From assembly GCA_035221665.1 (NCBI GenBank), contig CM069134.1, positions 32,240,001 through 32,304,000 on the forward strand: 64,000 nt of DNA, written 5' to 3'. Positions 1-12,180 of this stretch are shown one piece after another (the first letter of the stretch is position 1; each line of letters starts with the position of its first letter). This stretch comes from Okamejei kenojei (lineage: Eukaryota). A program made the translations under genes and the position numbers. Below the pieces are notes generated by a model. It was not told where the DNA came from. It did not search any database and was given only the letters and a program-made list of their open reading frames with translations.

Positions 1-312
1 TGGGGTGGCACAGTGGCATAGCGATAGAGCTGCTGACTTACAGAACCAAAGACCCGGTTGCGATCTTGATTATGGGTGCTGTCTGTACTGAGTTTGTACG
101 TTTCTCTCTGTAAACGGATGGTTTTTTTTTTCCTCTGGTTCTCCAGTTTCCTTCCACACTCCAGACGTACAAGTTTATAGGTTAATTGCCTTAAGTACAA
201 AAATTGTAAATTTTCCCTGGTGTGCAGGATAGTGTTCGTGTACGGAGTACACACCGGTCAGCACTGACTCGGTGGGCCGAAGGGTCTGTTTCCGCTGGAT
301 CTCTATCTCTAG
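1..312 (+). mobile_element. tRNA-derived V-SINE (HE1-like)
   Basis: tRNA-like head with A/B-box remnants, central gggtgctgtctgt..gagtttgtacgtt..ggtttt domain and LINE-like tail gggccgaagggtctgtttcc. Confidence 0.85.
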
Positions 313-1362
313 TCCAATTGGATAATCTTGAAATCTTCTCAATGGGATATGCTTATCCACCGTTGCGCCTTAATTTATCTCTCAGCCTTGTTATTATTCT
401 GGTAATTCTACTGCACTTCTTCCAAGATCAAGTATCCTTTTGATATCAATATATATATTTCTACAATGTAATACTCCATCTGGGTCCTGACCAAGGCTTT
501 GCACAGCTGCAACATCACTTTGTCAATTTTGAATTGCAGCTCCTTGAGATAAAGGGCAATAGTCCATTAATCTTTTTGATTACATGAGTGCTGGCTTGCA
601 ATGATTTGTGTGAATGAATACCCAAAACCATTGTCCCACCATTAGTAAATATTGATTTGTCTTTCTTGGATCCCAAAGGATGATCTCACATTTCCCAGAC
701 CGAACCACATCTTCCTCACTTTTACCCAACTACTTGGTCTGTCTGTTATTGTGTGTAGGTTATAATTTTGCTCTGATTGTAGGAGTGAAATAAATTTGCC
801 CTTTGTTACCAGTCTAATGCTGTATTCCTTGAGTTACTCCAGCACTATGACAGTAATCTATAAGATGTGCTGCCTCAAATGCAGCTGATGTCATCAAAAA
901 CCCACATTCCTTGGCCACACTTTCATTTTGCTACAACCAGTGGGAAGAAGGTATAGGAACTTGAGAATCGTGACCACCAGGTTCAAGAAAAGCTTCCCAT
1001 AATCATCAGGCTCTTGAACCTTAACCACTACCTCAGCAACTATGATCTTTTATGGACACAAAGTGCTGGAGTAACTCAAAGTAGGCATACCTTGGAGATT
1101 TTGCAGTGGAGCAGTCAAAATGTAGAAACAAGGAACTGCAGATGCTGGTTTGCACAAACTGATACAAAGTCTCGAGTAACTCAGTGGGTCGTATCTCTTG
1201 AGATTTGGGATAGGTGATGTTTCAAGTCGGGTTCTCTTCAGGCACAAGAAGGGTCCCCACATGAAATGCATATTTTCATCGCCTTTTCATCAAATCAATT
1301 CCTTCCGTGGGTCCTGTGCATGTTGTGAATTGTCCCTCTCCCAATTTATTTTGAAGTTTTAC

Positions 1363-1398
<36 letters not shown>
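1363..1398. repeat. (ATT)n microsatellite
   Basis: Twelve ATT units. Confidence 0.95.
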
Positions 1399-1400
<2 letters not shown>

Positions 1401-2269
1401 GACAGATTGGTTGATGGTGGAGACAGTTATTGGTTAACATTAAATCTTGTAATCTTTTATTATAAAGAAAATAACTTTTCATGTTTTCCAGCCAAGCGGA
1501 TAGTCAAGAGTGAGGGAAAAAACTCTTTCCTTTTCTGCATCTATATAATGTGATCGAGCATTACATGATTTGAATTCTTTCCCGTGGTTCTGACATGTTG
1601 AGACAAACAGAGCTTTCTAAACACAATTTCACTTAGTGCAAATGCAGTTTTAATCGTTAATATCATACTTTATTTTGAGTATTTTTCATCTTTAGAGTGC
1701 TATGAAGTTCAAGTTGGTAATTTACAGGGATGAATTTTTTTATATTCACTTAGTTTTAAACCATAGTTCATTCAAAGATTCATTAAAGTTATGTTACAAC
1801 TTGGTGTCAGGATGTGTCGGATACTTGCGATCTTTTGGTAGCATCAAAATTGAAACTTATTGTGATCTGAAAAACTAATGGAGAAGCAATGTTCTGAATT
1901 TTGACTGAGTGAAAAATTGTTCATAAATTATAGAAGTAGAATTAGGCCATTCGGCCCATCGAGTCTACTCCACCATTCAATCCTGGCTGATCTATCTTTC
2001 CCTCTCAACCCCATTCTTCTGCCTTCTCCCCATAACCCCTGACACCCATACTGATCAAGAGGTTTGAAATTCCTGCTGTGTCCTAACCGGGTGAGAGATT
2101 GACAAGGCAATTTGTATAAGGAATACTTTGTCTGATCAAAGCTTTTTAAAATGATTTGCTACTTTTGGTATAATGAGACTTTGCATTTTTTTACTCATTG
2201 CATGTTGCTTTTATGATCATGATTAAAGTAGGAGCAAAGAACCATTTTAATTTTTTTGTTTCTTAACAG

Positions 2270-2481
2270 AAAAGATGGAAAGAGCTTTCCAATGAAGACC
2301 AGGATCCTGTACCAGACCATGCGCCTCCACCTCCCCAACCTCCTAAACGGGCCCTTCCACGACATAACGAGAATAGAGCCCCTCATTTATCGGCAGAGGA
2401 AGCAGCAGATGCAGAAAACAACATTTCCACAGAAGAAAGCTCAGTACAAGAAAAGGAAGATAGCAAAACAGAGTATGTAAA
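2270..2481 (+). CDS. PTPN2: PTPN2 (T-cell protein tyrosine phosphatase) internal coding exon, linker after the catalytic domain
   Basis: Acceptor tttcttaacag ends at 2269. The frame from 2270 (not the ORF-track frame) reads KRWKELSNEDQDPVPDHAPPPPQPPKRALPRHNE...EKEDSKT, matching the KRWKELS.ED motif after the PTP domain of PTPN2/PTPN1. Two phase-2 donors exist, after 2472 (gtatgt) and after 2481 (gtgagt). Confidence 0.9.
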
Positions 2482-3651
2482 GTGAGTTTGAGTTTTCTAA
2501 AGAAACCAACTAAAATAGTCACCTTTGTTTACTACCCCCTTTATCTTTTGAGCTCTTAACTTTGGACTTTCTTGTGCCAGAAGGAATAGCAGAAGCTGGT
2601 TTACACCGAGGATAGACACAAAATGCTGGATTAACTCAGCGGATCAGGCAACATCTCCGGACAAATGAAATAGGTGAAGTTTCAGGTCGAGACCCAAAAT
2701 GTCACTATTCCTTTTCTCCAGAGATGCTGCCTGACCTGATGAGTTACTCCAGCATTTTGTGTCTTTCTTTGGACTTGTGGTGGTGATATTTACATAGTTT
2801 CCTGCTGTTACTAATGTGCTTACATGGCTAGGAGTTTCCCATGTTGTGCAAACACGATTGACAACATAATTTAATTAGATTTGGTGAAATAATCTGAAGT
2901 CAAAATTTAGGACATGATCCCCACTTTCTATTGTTTTAAAGTAATGCTAGTAATTATATCTTTCATTTAAATCCATCTTTGCTATCAAATTTACTTTTTA
3001 CCTTGGCTAGAAGAACAAGGATATGCTGCAAATTCAAGAGAATATTTTTAATATTATTATAGAGAATATTTTTAATATTCTCTAACATTTGGATAGTAAG
3101 AACATAATTTACCATGCAATGAACATAAGGAGGGATATGGATTATGTGCAGGTAAATAAGAGATGGTCTTGGCACCATGTTCAGCACGGATATTATGGGC
3201 CGAAGGGCTTGTTCTTGTGCTGTTCTAGATTATATTGTGGTATGATCAGTATTTAAAATAAAATTCCAACCTTTAAAGGAATAGTGCCATAGCACTTAAT
3301 TTTTAATCATTTGTTTTTATGTGCTGTCACTTGAATCTATCAATTTTTTACATTTAAGACATAGTGATAATGTTTATCATTAAAGGTTCTATATCTTAGA
3401 GTAAGAAAGGCTTCCTGAAAATGTACTTTCCCAAATGTTTAGAACAAGTATGTTTGCAAGTGAATTCTAATATTTCACCTCCTACCACTAGTATTTTGCT
3501 AATTACTGTCCTATGATGTCTATATGATGATATCTTGTTTATGTTTTGAAAGTTTTTTCAGAAAAATGTGTTTCTAAAAGACATGCAGATTTGTGGGTTA
3601 ATTTGCTTCAAATTTGCTCTCAACGAGTCAATGAGAAAGCTGGATAACATA

Positions 3652-3942
3652 GGCGGTCACGTTGGCGCAGCGGTAGAGTTGCTACCTGACAGCGAATGCA
3701 ACGCCGGAGACCCGGGTTCAATCCCGACTACGGGTGCTGTCTGTACGGAGCTTGTACCTTCTCCCTGTGACTGCGTGGGTTTTCTGTGGGGATTCTGGTT
3801 CCCTCCCACACTCCAAAAACGTACAGGTTTGTAGGTTAATTGGCTTCTGTAAATTGTGATTGGATAGCGCACAGGGTGATGATCACTAGTCGGCGCGGAC
3901 TCGGTGAGCCAAAGTGCCTGTTATCACGCTATATATCTAAAG
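3652..3942 (+). mobile_element. tRNA-derived V-SINE
   Basis: ggcgcagcggtagagttgct...ccgggttcaatccc head, V-domain and tail. Confidence 0.88.
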
Positions 3943-4560
3943 TCAAGTAAATTGTTGGCATGAACTTGATAGGGTGAAGGGCCTGTTTTCATGCTGCACT
4001 TCTAAACTAAATTAAACTAAATCAAATCATGAAGGATAAATTGTGCCCTTAATGCTATTGCTTGAAACACACAGCTTTACTGTATTAGAGCTGTTATTTC
4101 TTGGTACCCTTTGAACCTTTTTGTTTCTTGCCTTCCAGATGTTGCATCATGTACGAGGCACCGATTCCCAGACCTCCACTGATAGTGGTTTAAGTTGATG
4201 ACTAGGAAATGTATGATTTGGTCTCTCAATCATTTGAAATCCACCATGGTACAGATGAGGCATAGTTGGCTGCCTTTTCAATGTTCTTGATCAGATATGT
4301 TGCAGCAAAGGAGCTCATTGAGTCTTCTCATGGTGCAAATCAATCTGGCCCAACTCCCCAGCTTTATGTAGAGTTGCCGATTTATTATTTTCCCTTGAGC
4401 TTATTTCAGGTGTGTGTGTCCCAGTAAATCTGAGGTTTCGGGTTCTAGCCCTATGTGATGTATAATTGAGAAGTAAACTCTATCCATTTCATTTTGTACA
4501 GTTCTTGAATAGCTTATTGTTTATTACTCTCTCAGTATCACTTTCTTGTTTGTCTTTCAG

Positions 4561-4756
4561 TAACGTCCGTAAACGACACCGCGAGGATAGGATAGCAAAT
4601 ACAGCGCAGAAAGTACAGCGAATGAAACAGAAGCTTAATGAAACTGAGGTGAAACGAAAAAGGTGGTTATATTGGAAACCTATTCTCGTTAACATTGCTG
4701 CAGTTACTACCCTTGCAATTGGAGCTATTGTTTGCTGCTCTTTGTATTTTCAGTGA
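4561..4756 (+). CDS. PTPN2: PTPN2 terminal exon, TC48-like isoform (basic region plus hydrophobic C-terminal anchor)
   Basis: Acceptor tttgtctttcag ends at 4560, phase 2. It encodes NVRKRHREDRIANTAQKVQRMKQKLNETEVKRKRWLYWKPILVNIAAVTTLAIGAIVCCSLYFQ*, close to human TC48 LRKRIREDRKATTAQKVQQMKQRLNENERKRKRWLYWQPIL. AATAAA occurs at about 5031 and 5287. Confidence 0.93.
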
Positions 4757-7700
4757 TCAATCTGTAACTTCATTTAAGGGTCTACAGTAGCATATTGCAT
4801 CTGAGGTTTCCGATGCTGAGGATTGGTGTCTCCCCTGCACAAGAACTGAATGTTTTTTCAGAGTTGACAGGTCAGGGAAGAATACAGTAGGGTGGAGCTA
4901 ACCGTTTAGTTTTAACTCAGAAGTTTGCAACATAGTTACTCAGGTTTTTGGATTGTCAGATGTCTGAATATTCAAAACTACCAGACAAAAACAAAATTCT
5001 GTTGTAAATGAACTATCAGACCTGTGCTGCAATAAATCTTTGGTTAAACGTTGTGCTTCCATTAAAAGCAGTCTTTCTCGAGTTCATGAGATTTTCCAAA
5101 AGGATGTTGGTGTCTTATTTTTGCTAGTAAAAGATAAACCAGCAAGGAACAGAAAACAACTTCTTTGCATGCCTTATCGCTGGGTTCTTTACTGCTTTAG
5201 TCTGCTGCTCTTCTGCATTTTTTTCCTCAAACCGTTTATTTCTTGACCAGCAGAATTGCTGTGCACTTAAAGCAATTGTTTGCATTAATAAAGTCACTTC
5301 TGGCTTAACATTTTCAGTTATTTTAGGTCACATGTTTTCCATTTTGTTTATAACCCTGTATGAAAAAAATACAGCTATTAATTTGGCAAAGGCTTTGGAA
5401 GCCGCTTGGAAATATAATTTTTAATTTTCTAAACAAAGTGATCTAAGTATGGTTGATTATTTACTGTATTATTGTGGATGTCGAAAATACTAGTTAATTC
5501 CTTAACCCATAGAGCTGTTCAATCACAATTATTGATTTTTTTTTTTCAGCAGAACTTTCATTTTCACAGTCCTGTAAAGCACATCTCTCAACATCTCTGC
5601 AAATTTTCAATTCAACTTCCTATTTAATCCACAGGCATAAAATATCTGTATTGAAAGTTAAGTCATGTATTTTATTTTAAAAGTACACAGTCCATTATAA
5701 AGAGATTGATGTATAAATGCTGGCAAGACATCCAAAGTTGCGTCTGTGGGTTAAAGAGTTGAGAAGTATTTCTTGCTAGTTAATAATGTCACTATCCCAA
5801 GATGGTACAATCTTATGTATTGGGCACGAAAAGGGTAATCTGTTCAAAATGACACCAGCTCGCATTTAAAATTTGTAATAACTTTACATTCCAGAAAGAC
5901 CAGCTGAATAAAATTCACTCTTGAGTAGTATCTTATATTGTATGTCTATGTTGGGGATGATGCATCGTACTACATGATGATGGTTCTTGTAAACCACTAC
6001 AGCAGAACCTGTTAATGAAAATTGTTGGTCCACTTTGCAGTACATGTTGTATCCTGAATCATTGCTACTCATATGATTAGTGAACTTTGTATATAGATTA
6101 ACGTTCCTTAATGATAGAAATCTGGTATTGCACATTAGTTTTTTATTTAGTTTTAGAATATTTCTGCGTGACCTCAAAGAGAAATGTTCTAATTTTTGAA
6201 CCCAAACCTAAAGGGAGGTGGGTAATGAGGGTAGACGTTGTTAGTGTTGAAAATCATGCACTGATGCTAAAAATGGGTTGGATCAAAACACGAGTAAGAA
6301 TTAGCCACCATCAGCAGTATGTAATGCATTAAATATATACAGCAATGTTTTTATACTTCAGCAATGAGGCCAAGAATGTTGCTCCCCTATTTCCTGAATG
6401 TGGCAGGTGGCATATTAATGGGCAATGGTTGATTTTCACATATATCGAGTAAGCAATTTTCTCATTGATTTTTAAAAAGAGGTTCAGGACAAAGGCCGTT
6501 TGACAGAACTTGTTGCTGATGTATTTTGTAATAGACTTGTGATGACAGTTTATTGCCGTGATCATTGTGAGATGCAGCTCATTTGTCAATCTCCAGTTTC
6601 GACTTGGACTTTGTGTTATTCATGAACAATTCCCAGTCTATGTTGCTTTAAGAGCTTATATATATAAGCAGAAGTAAACTGTTCTATTATAACCTTCTAC
6701 CTCGGTGCTTCTCTGCCTAATGCCCACTCTCCTAGTTTCCTGTGGATTCCAAACATCAGCCTTGTTTTGAGATACTAAACTGTTTAGATATTGAGCAGGT
6801 TGCAGCTCACCATGCAGTAGTTCACAGGACATCTCGAGAGAAGTACATGTCTATCAGCATCTCCAACATAATCTGACAGTTTTGCCAAGTAGATTCAATG
6901 TACATGCAGATCAGGAGCAGGGTTTGTGCTAAAATCAGGAGACTTTACCTGTTAAGAGTAGCCACAGTGGGGAAGAAATACGGACAAGGTACTGAACCTT
7001 TTCAGAAGGTCTTTTCAAAAGAGCCTGCTTCATGATTTTTTCCCCCAACTTATCTCAAATGGAAATATTGCATTATTTTTGGTCACTATTAATAACATGG
7101 AGATATACAAAGTTATATGCATAGTATTGAAAAGTTAGTTTGAAAAATGAATGCTTGATTTCAGCCCCCCTACCTCAAGATGTCAAGGTTTTTTTTTTAA
7201 TTTTCTATTTAAAGGGAAAGTAGAGGAGGTAATTGAGACCTGGATCAGATCTGCCAAAACCTTATTGAATGGTATGGCAAACTTGAAGGGAACCTTCTTA
7301 ATTATGTTCTATTGGCACAATCCATTTATGGTCGAGGCAGTTTCCAAACTCAGCAATTACTGATATAAATATGGTGGCCAACTGGTTCTTAATTTGACCA
7401 CGCCATCTATGGACATACACTTATGCTTATGAAATTAATAGCTATGGAACCATCAAGTTGTGGACATACAAGAAGATCATTGTCCCTGAAGGCAATAGTA
7501 TTTGCATTTTAAGCCGAAAATGCTTGAAATACTGTGGGATAAATTTGATCAATTTATAATCCAGACCTGACACCTTTTACTTTGTGCATTTAAGCAATGG
7601 CACTCTTTGGCTAGTGGGAGATACTGACCAGAAATAGCTTTTTTTTAGGAAGATGGTCTTCTAAACCTCGAGAGTGGATACTTATTCTAAAATAACCTGG

Positions 7701-8275
7701 AAATTACCACAGTTGTGTTACAATCTCATGAGCTGTGGTTTTAAAGGGTGTTCTGAGTAATAATACAATACTGATAGTGAGTTCTGTTTGGTGTCATGGT
7801 CAAGCACAGGAACAGGCCCTTTGGCCCACGATGTCTGCCAATCGAGATACAAAATAAAACTAATTCCATCTGCCAGCATCTGGTCTATAGGCCTCCATTC
7901 CCTGCCTGTACATGTATCTATTTAAATGCCTCTAAAACGATCTTGCTGTATCTGCTTCCTCCACCTCTCCAGGTAGCACATTCCATGCACTGACCATCCT
8001 GTTGCCTCTTAAATGTCCCTTTTTTTTTTTTGCATTTTCCACTTCTCACCTTGAAGCTATGTCCTCTGATAATTGATCTTTCTAACGTGGGAGAAAGACA
8101 TTCTACCCTATCTAAGCCTCTCATAATTTTATATACTTCCCATCAGGTTGGCCTTCAGCCTCTGACGCCTCAGAGAAAACAATCCAAGTTTGTCCAAGTT
8201 TGTCCCTTGTAGCTAATGCGTAATAAAAAGGAAATGCAGATGCTGGTTTATGCCAAAGATGGACATAATGCTGGA

Positions 8276-9303
8276 GTAACCATATAACATATAACCATAT
8301 AACAATTACAGCACGGAAACAGGCCCTCTCGGCCCTTCCAGTCCGTGCCGACCATTTGTTTTCCCCTAGTCCCATCTACCTGCACTCAGACCATACCCCT
8401 CCATTCCCTTCACGTCCATATACCTATCCACTTTACTCTTAAATGTTAAAATCGATCCTGCCTCCACCACTTCTGCTGGAAGCTGATTCCACACAGCCAC
8501 CACCCTCTGAGTAAAGAAGTTCCCCCTCACGTTACCCCGAAACCTCTGTCCCTTAATTCTCATGTCATGCCCTCTTGTTTGAAACTTCCCTACCCTCGAT
8601 GGGAAAAAACGTATCCACGTCAACTCTCTATCCCTTTTTCATCATTTTAAAGACCTCAATCAAGTCCCCCCTTAACCTTCTGCGCTCCAAAGAATAAAGA
8701 CCTAACTTGTTCAACCTTTCTCTGTAACATAGTTGCTGGAACCCTGGCAACATTCTAGTAAATCTCCTCTGTACTCTCTCTATTTTGTTGACATCCTTCC
8801 TATAACTAGGCGACCAAAATTGTACACCATACTCCAGAATTGGTCTTACCAATGCCTTGTACAATTTTAACATTACTTCCCTACTCCTATATTCAATGCT
8901 CTGATTTATAAAGGCCAGCACACCAAAGGCTTTCTTTACCACCCTATCTACATGCGATTCCACCTTCAGGGAACTATGCACAGTTATTCCTAGATCCCTC
9001 TGTTCCACAGCATTCCTCAATTCCCTACCATTTACCATGTACGTCCTATTTTGATTTGTCCTGCCAAGATGTAGCACTTCACACTTATCAGCATTAAACT
9101 CCATCTGCCATCTTTCAGCCCACTTTTCCAAATGGCCCAAATCTCTCTGTAGACTTTGAAAATCTACTTAATTATCCACAACACCACCTATCTTAGTATC
9201 ATCTGCATACTTACTTATCCAATTTTCCACCCCATCATCCAGATCATTGATGTACATGACAAACAACAGTGGACCCAACACAGATCCCTGAGGCACCCCA
9301 CTG
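8276..9303 (-). mobile_element. 5'-truncated CR1-clade LINE (RT C-terminus plus 3' UTR), relatively young
   Basis: The 170-aa ORF has WQMEFNADKCEVLH, LVRPILEYGVQFWSP and RRRLRGDLIEVFK; tail repeat ccatataacatataacc; inserted inside a Penelope-type repeat. Confidence 0.92.
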
Positions 9304-10154
9304 GTAAGTCAGCGGGTCTGGAGAAAATGAAAGGTTATGTTTCGAGTTGGCACCCTTCTTCAGGCTCTGAAGTCTGAGTCTGAAGAAGGGTCCCAACCCA
9401 AAACATTACCTCTCAATTTTCTCCAGAGATGCTTCCTGACCTGCCGAGTTACTCCAGTATTTTGTGTCTAATCCAAGCAGCATTCTGGTAAACCTCCGTT
9501 GCATCCTCTCTAAAGCCACCACATCCTTTCTATAATGGGCCGACCAGAGCTCCACACAATACTCCAAATGTCCCCTAAACAAAGTCGTGTTTTTGTTTAA
9601 TACAAGTGCAACGTGACTTTCTGGCATGTTCCAGATTTTTTGTTTTGTTTTGAAATTGAATTTGACCAAACTACACACCGTGGCTACTGCACGGTGGCAC
9701 TTCTGGTGAATGTATTGAAGTAGAAGAAATGAGATGCAAGATGGTTGGCAGAAGTTGAATGGGATGCAATGAAAATGGCTGGAGTTAACACTATGAAATT
9801 AATATGAATAGGGACAGTCCATGATTTCTGAAGGAAGTAAATAAAATGTTTGTTAAGTGGAGCAGAGTTACGGACTGGACAGCAAGGAATCAGATACCCA
9901 AAGGGTCCAAGATGATTGTGGTGATCATCTACACAATTCCCATTTGCCAGTGTTTGGTCTTCATCTCGTTATTCCTTTCTCAATAAAACCGCCCTCAGGT
10001 ACCTACATTTCACTGAAAAATAATCTAATCAATCTATTATAAACACAAGAGACTAATTTTGAAATTAAAAAGAAAAGCATTAGAGGAACTCAGCAGGTCA
10101 GGTAGCATCTGCAGAGAAAAATGGACAGGTGACGTTTTGGATTGGGACCCTTTT

Positions 10155-10430
10155 CGTTTAGTTTGGAGAGACAGCATGAAAACAGACCCTTCGGCCCACA
10201 GATCACCCTGTACATTAGTTCTATCCTACATTCTATGGACAATTTACAGAAACCAATTTACCTACAACCCTGTATGTGTTTGGAGTGTGGGAGGAAACCA
10301 GAGCACCCAGAGAAAACCCCATGGAGTCACGGAGAATGTGCAAACTCTGCACAGACAGCACCCGTAGTCAGGATCGAACCCCGGTCTCTGGAGTTGTATG
10401 GCAGCAACTCTACCACAATGCCACTGTGCC
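10155..10430 (-). mobile_element. tRNA-derived V-SINE
   Basis: Reverse complement of the same consensus. Confidence 0.85.
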
Positions 10431-11003
10431 ACACTTCTTATCCTTCCTAGTCTGATGTAATTTTGTAAAACCATGTAACCCTGGCCATCCATTCCAGACA
10501 ACAACTTGCTGAAACTCTTTGGCACACTTACTAATGCAACAATATCTGTTTCCTGTAGAGTGGTGATCAGAACTGTACACCATACTCAAAAATATGTTGT
10601 ACAGCAGCAACATGACATCCCAATTCTTATACTCAATGCCTCTGCTTTTCAAGGCAAGCATGCCAAATACCTTTGTCACCACCCTACCCACTTGTGTCTC
10701 AGTTTTCAGTGGGCTATAGACTTGCACGTGAGGTGGTGAAGTTTGTGATGGAGGAATGTGGGAAGAGAGGCTTCACTCATTGCTGTCTTTACCGGTCACG
10801 TCATGGGATGCTGTTCTTCCACTGAGTCCACATCCTGGGAGGTGAACTGATCATTCATGTCATCATATATATATATATATATATATATGATGATGTTAAA
10901 ACTGATCAATACTTTTAATTTTGAAATAAAGCATGTCATGATCACCGCGACTGCCTGATGCTATGAATATAGAGCAACATTCTGAAAAGGAGGGGGAAAT
11001 TAG

Positions 11004-11150
11004 NNNNNNNNNNNNNNNNNNNNNNNNNNNNNNNNNNNNNNNNNNNNNNNNNNNNNNNNNNNNNNNNNNNNNNNNNNNNNNNNNNNNNNNNNNNNNNNNN
11101 NNNNNNNNNNNNNNNNNNNNNNNNNNNNNNNNNNNNNNNNNNNNNNNNNN
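11004..11150. other. Assembly gap
   Basis: Run of N. Confidence 1.
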
Positions 11151-12149
11151 TTGTGTGTGTGTATAAGTATGTATAAGTATGTATATGTGTGTGTGTATAT
11201 ATATATATACACACACACACAACAAATTAAAAATTGGAAGGATTTCCTAATTTCCCCCTCCTTTTCAGAATGTTGCTCTATTCATAGCATCAGGCAGTCA
11301 CAGGTGATCATTAAATGTTTTATTTCAAAATTAAATGTATTGATCAATTTTAACATTTTAAATTGGTACAATATGGGCAAGCATGTATCTGCCCCTAGGC
11401 TAAATAACTCAAAAGACAATGAAGTATTTATTTACACAGCCACTAAAGCAATCAACACTTTTGTTATCTCTCCAGTATATCTATACTTCACCTGAAATGG
11501 CTTTTTAAACCAATTGTAAATCAGTAGAAAGAAAAGTGACCTACATTCATGCACTGCCTTTCACATATTCAGAATCTTCCAAAGCGCTTTACAGCCGAAG
11601 AAGTAATCCACGTTCTTGTTTCCGCAATAACCTTATTGATATGTGACCTTGGTAATCAGATTCTTCTAAAATATTTACTTCTTTGTCTTATCACTGACTG
11701 GCTTAAATGCGCACCCTGGAAAATTTCCCAGCACAGGCCATTGGGTGATCTTCAAGTAAACTCTTTAAAGTTATAAAATATTACCTTCAGTTATTTTGCG
11801 GGGGGGAACAAATGGAAATGTTTGTATTCACAAAATAGGAGTGATTAAGTTGACCAACAAAAGTAATGACAAAGGGTTGGCATATGGTGATAATATTTTT
11901 CCATTATTATTTACATTCATATTTTCATCAATAATTATTTCTTGTTACTCATCAGGTGAAGTATCATACACAATAATAAGTCATGTCTGTGGACAGAAAG
12001 CCTGCCATGCACAATTTAGATTTTTTATTCCAGTTTTCAACCACAAGAACAAGTTTGAATTCAAACTTTATAGAAAAATGTTTCTTTTTATCATAAATCC
12101 ATGTGTTTAAGCACCACATTAAAAACAAAATGTTTCTCTTCAACTGCAG

Positions 12150-12180
12150 GTCCAAACTGAGGAATGATGAGGGAAGTTAA
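12150..12180 (+). CDS. PTPN2: Probable PTPN2 alternative last exon (TC45-like short tail R-SKLRNDEGS*)
   Basis: Acceptor tgtttctcttcaactgcag ends at 12149. It is phase-compatible with the internal donor AG|GTGGTT at 4662/4663 and is followed by about 1.3 kb of AT-rich, largely repeat-poor sequence with AATAAA near 13225 and 13485. Confidence 0.65.

Noticed and set aside
2256-2480. ORF-track peptide MFLNRKDGKSFPMK...
   Set aside because: Wrong frame; the real exon is in another frame and encodes PTPN2.
3652-3730. tRNA-like sequences with A and B boxes
   Set aside because: They are SINE heads, each followed by the V-domain and LINE-like tail, not tRNA genes.
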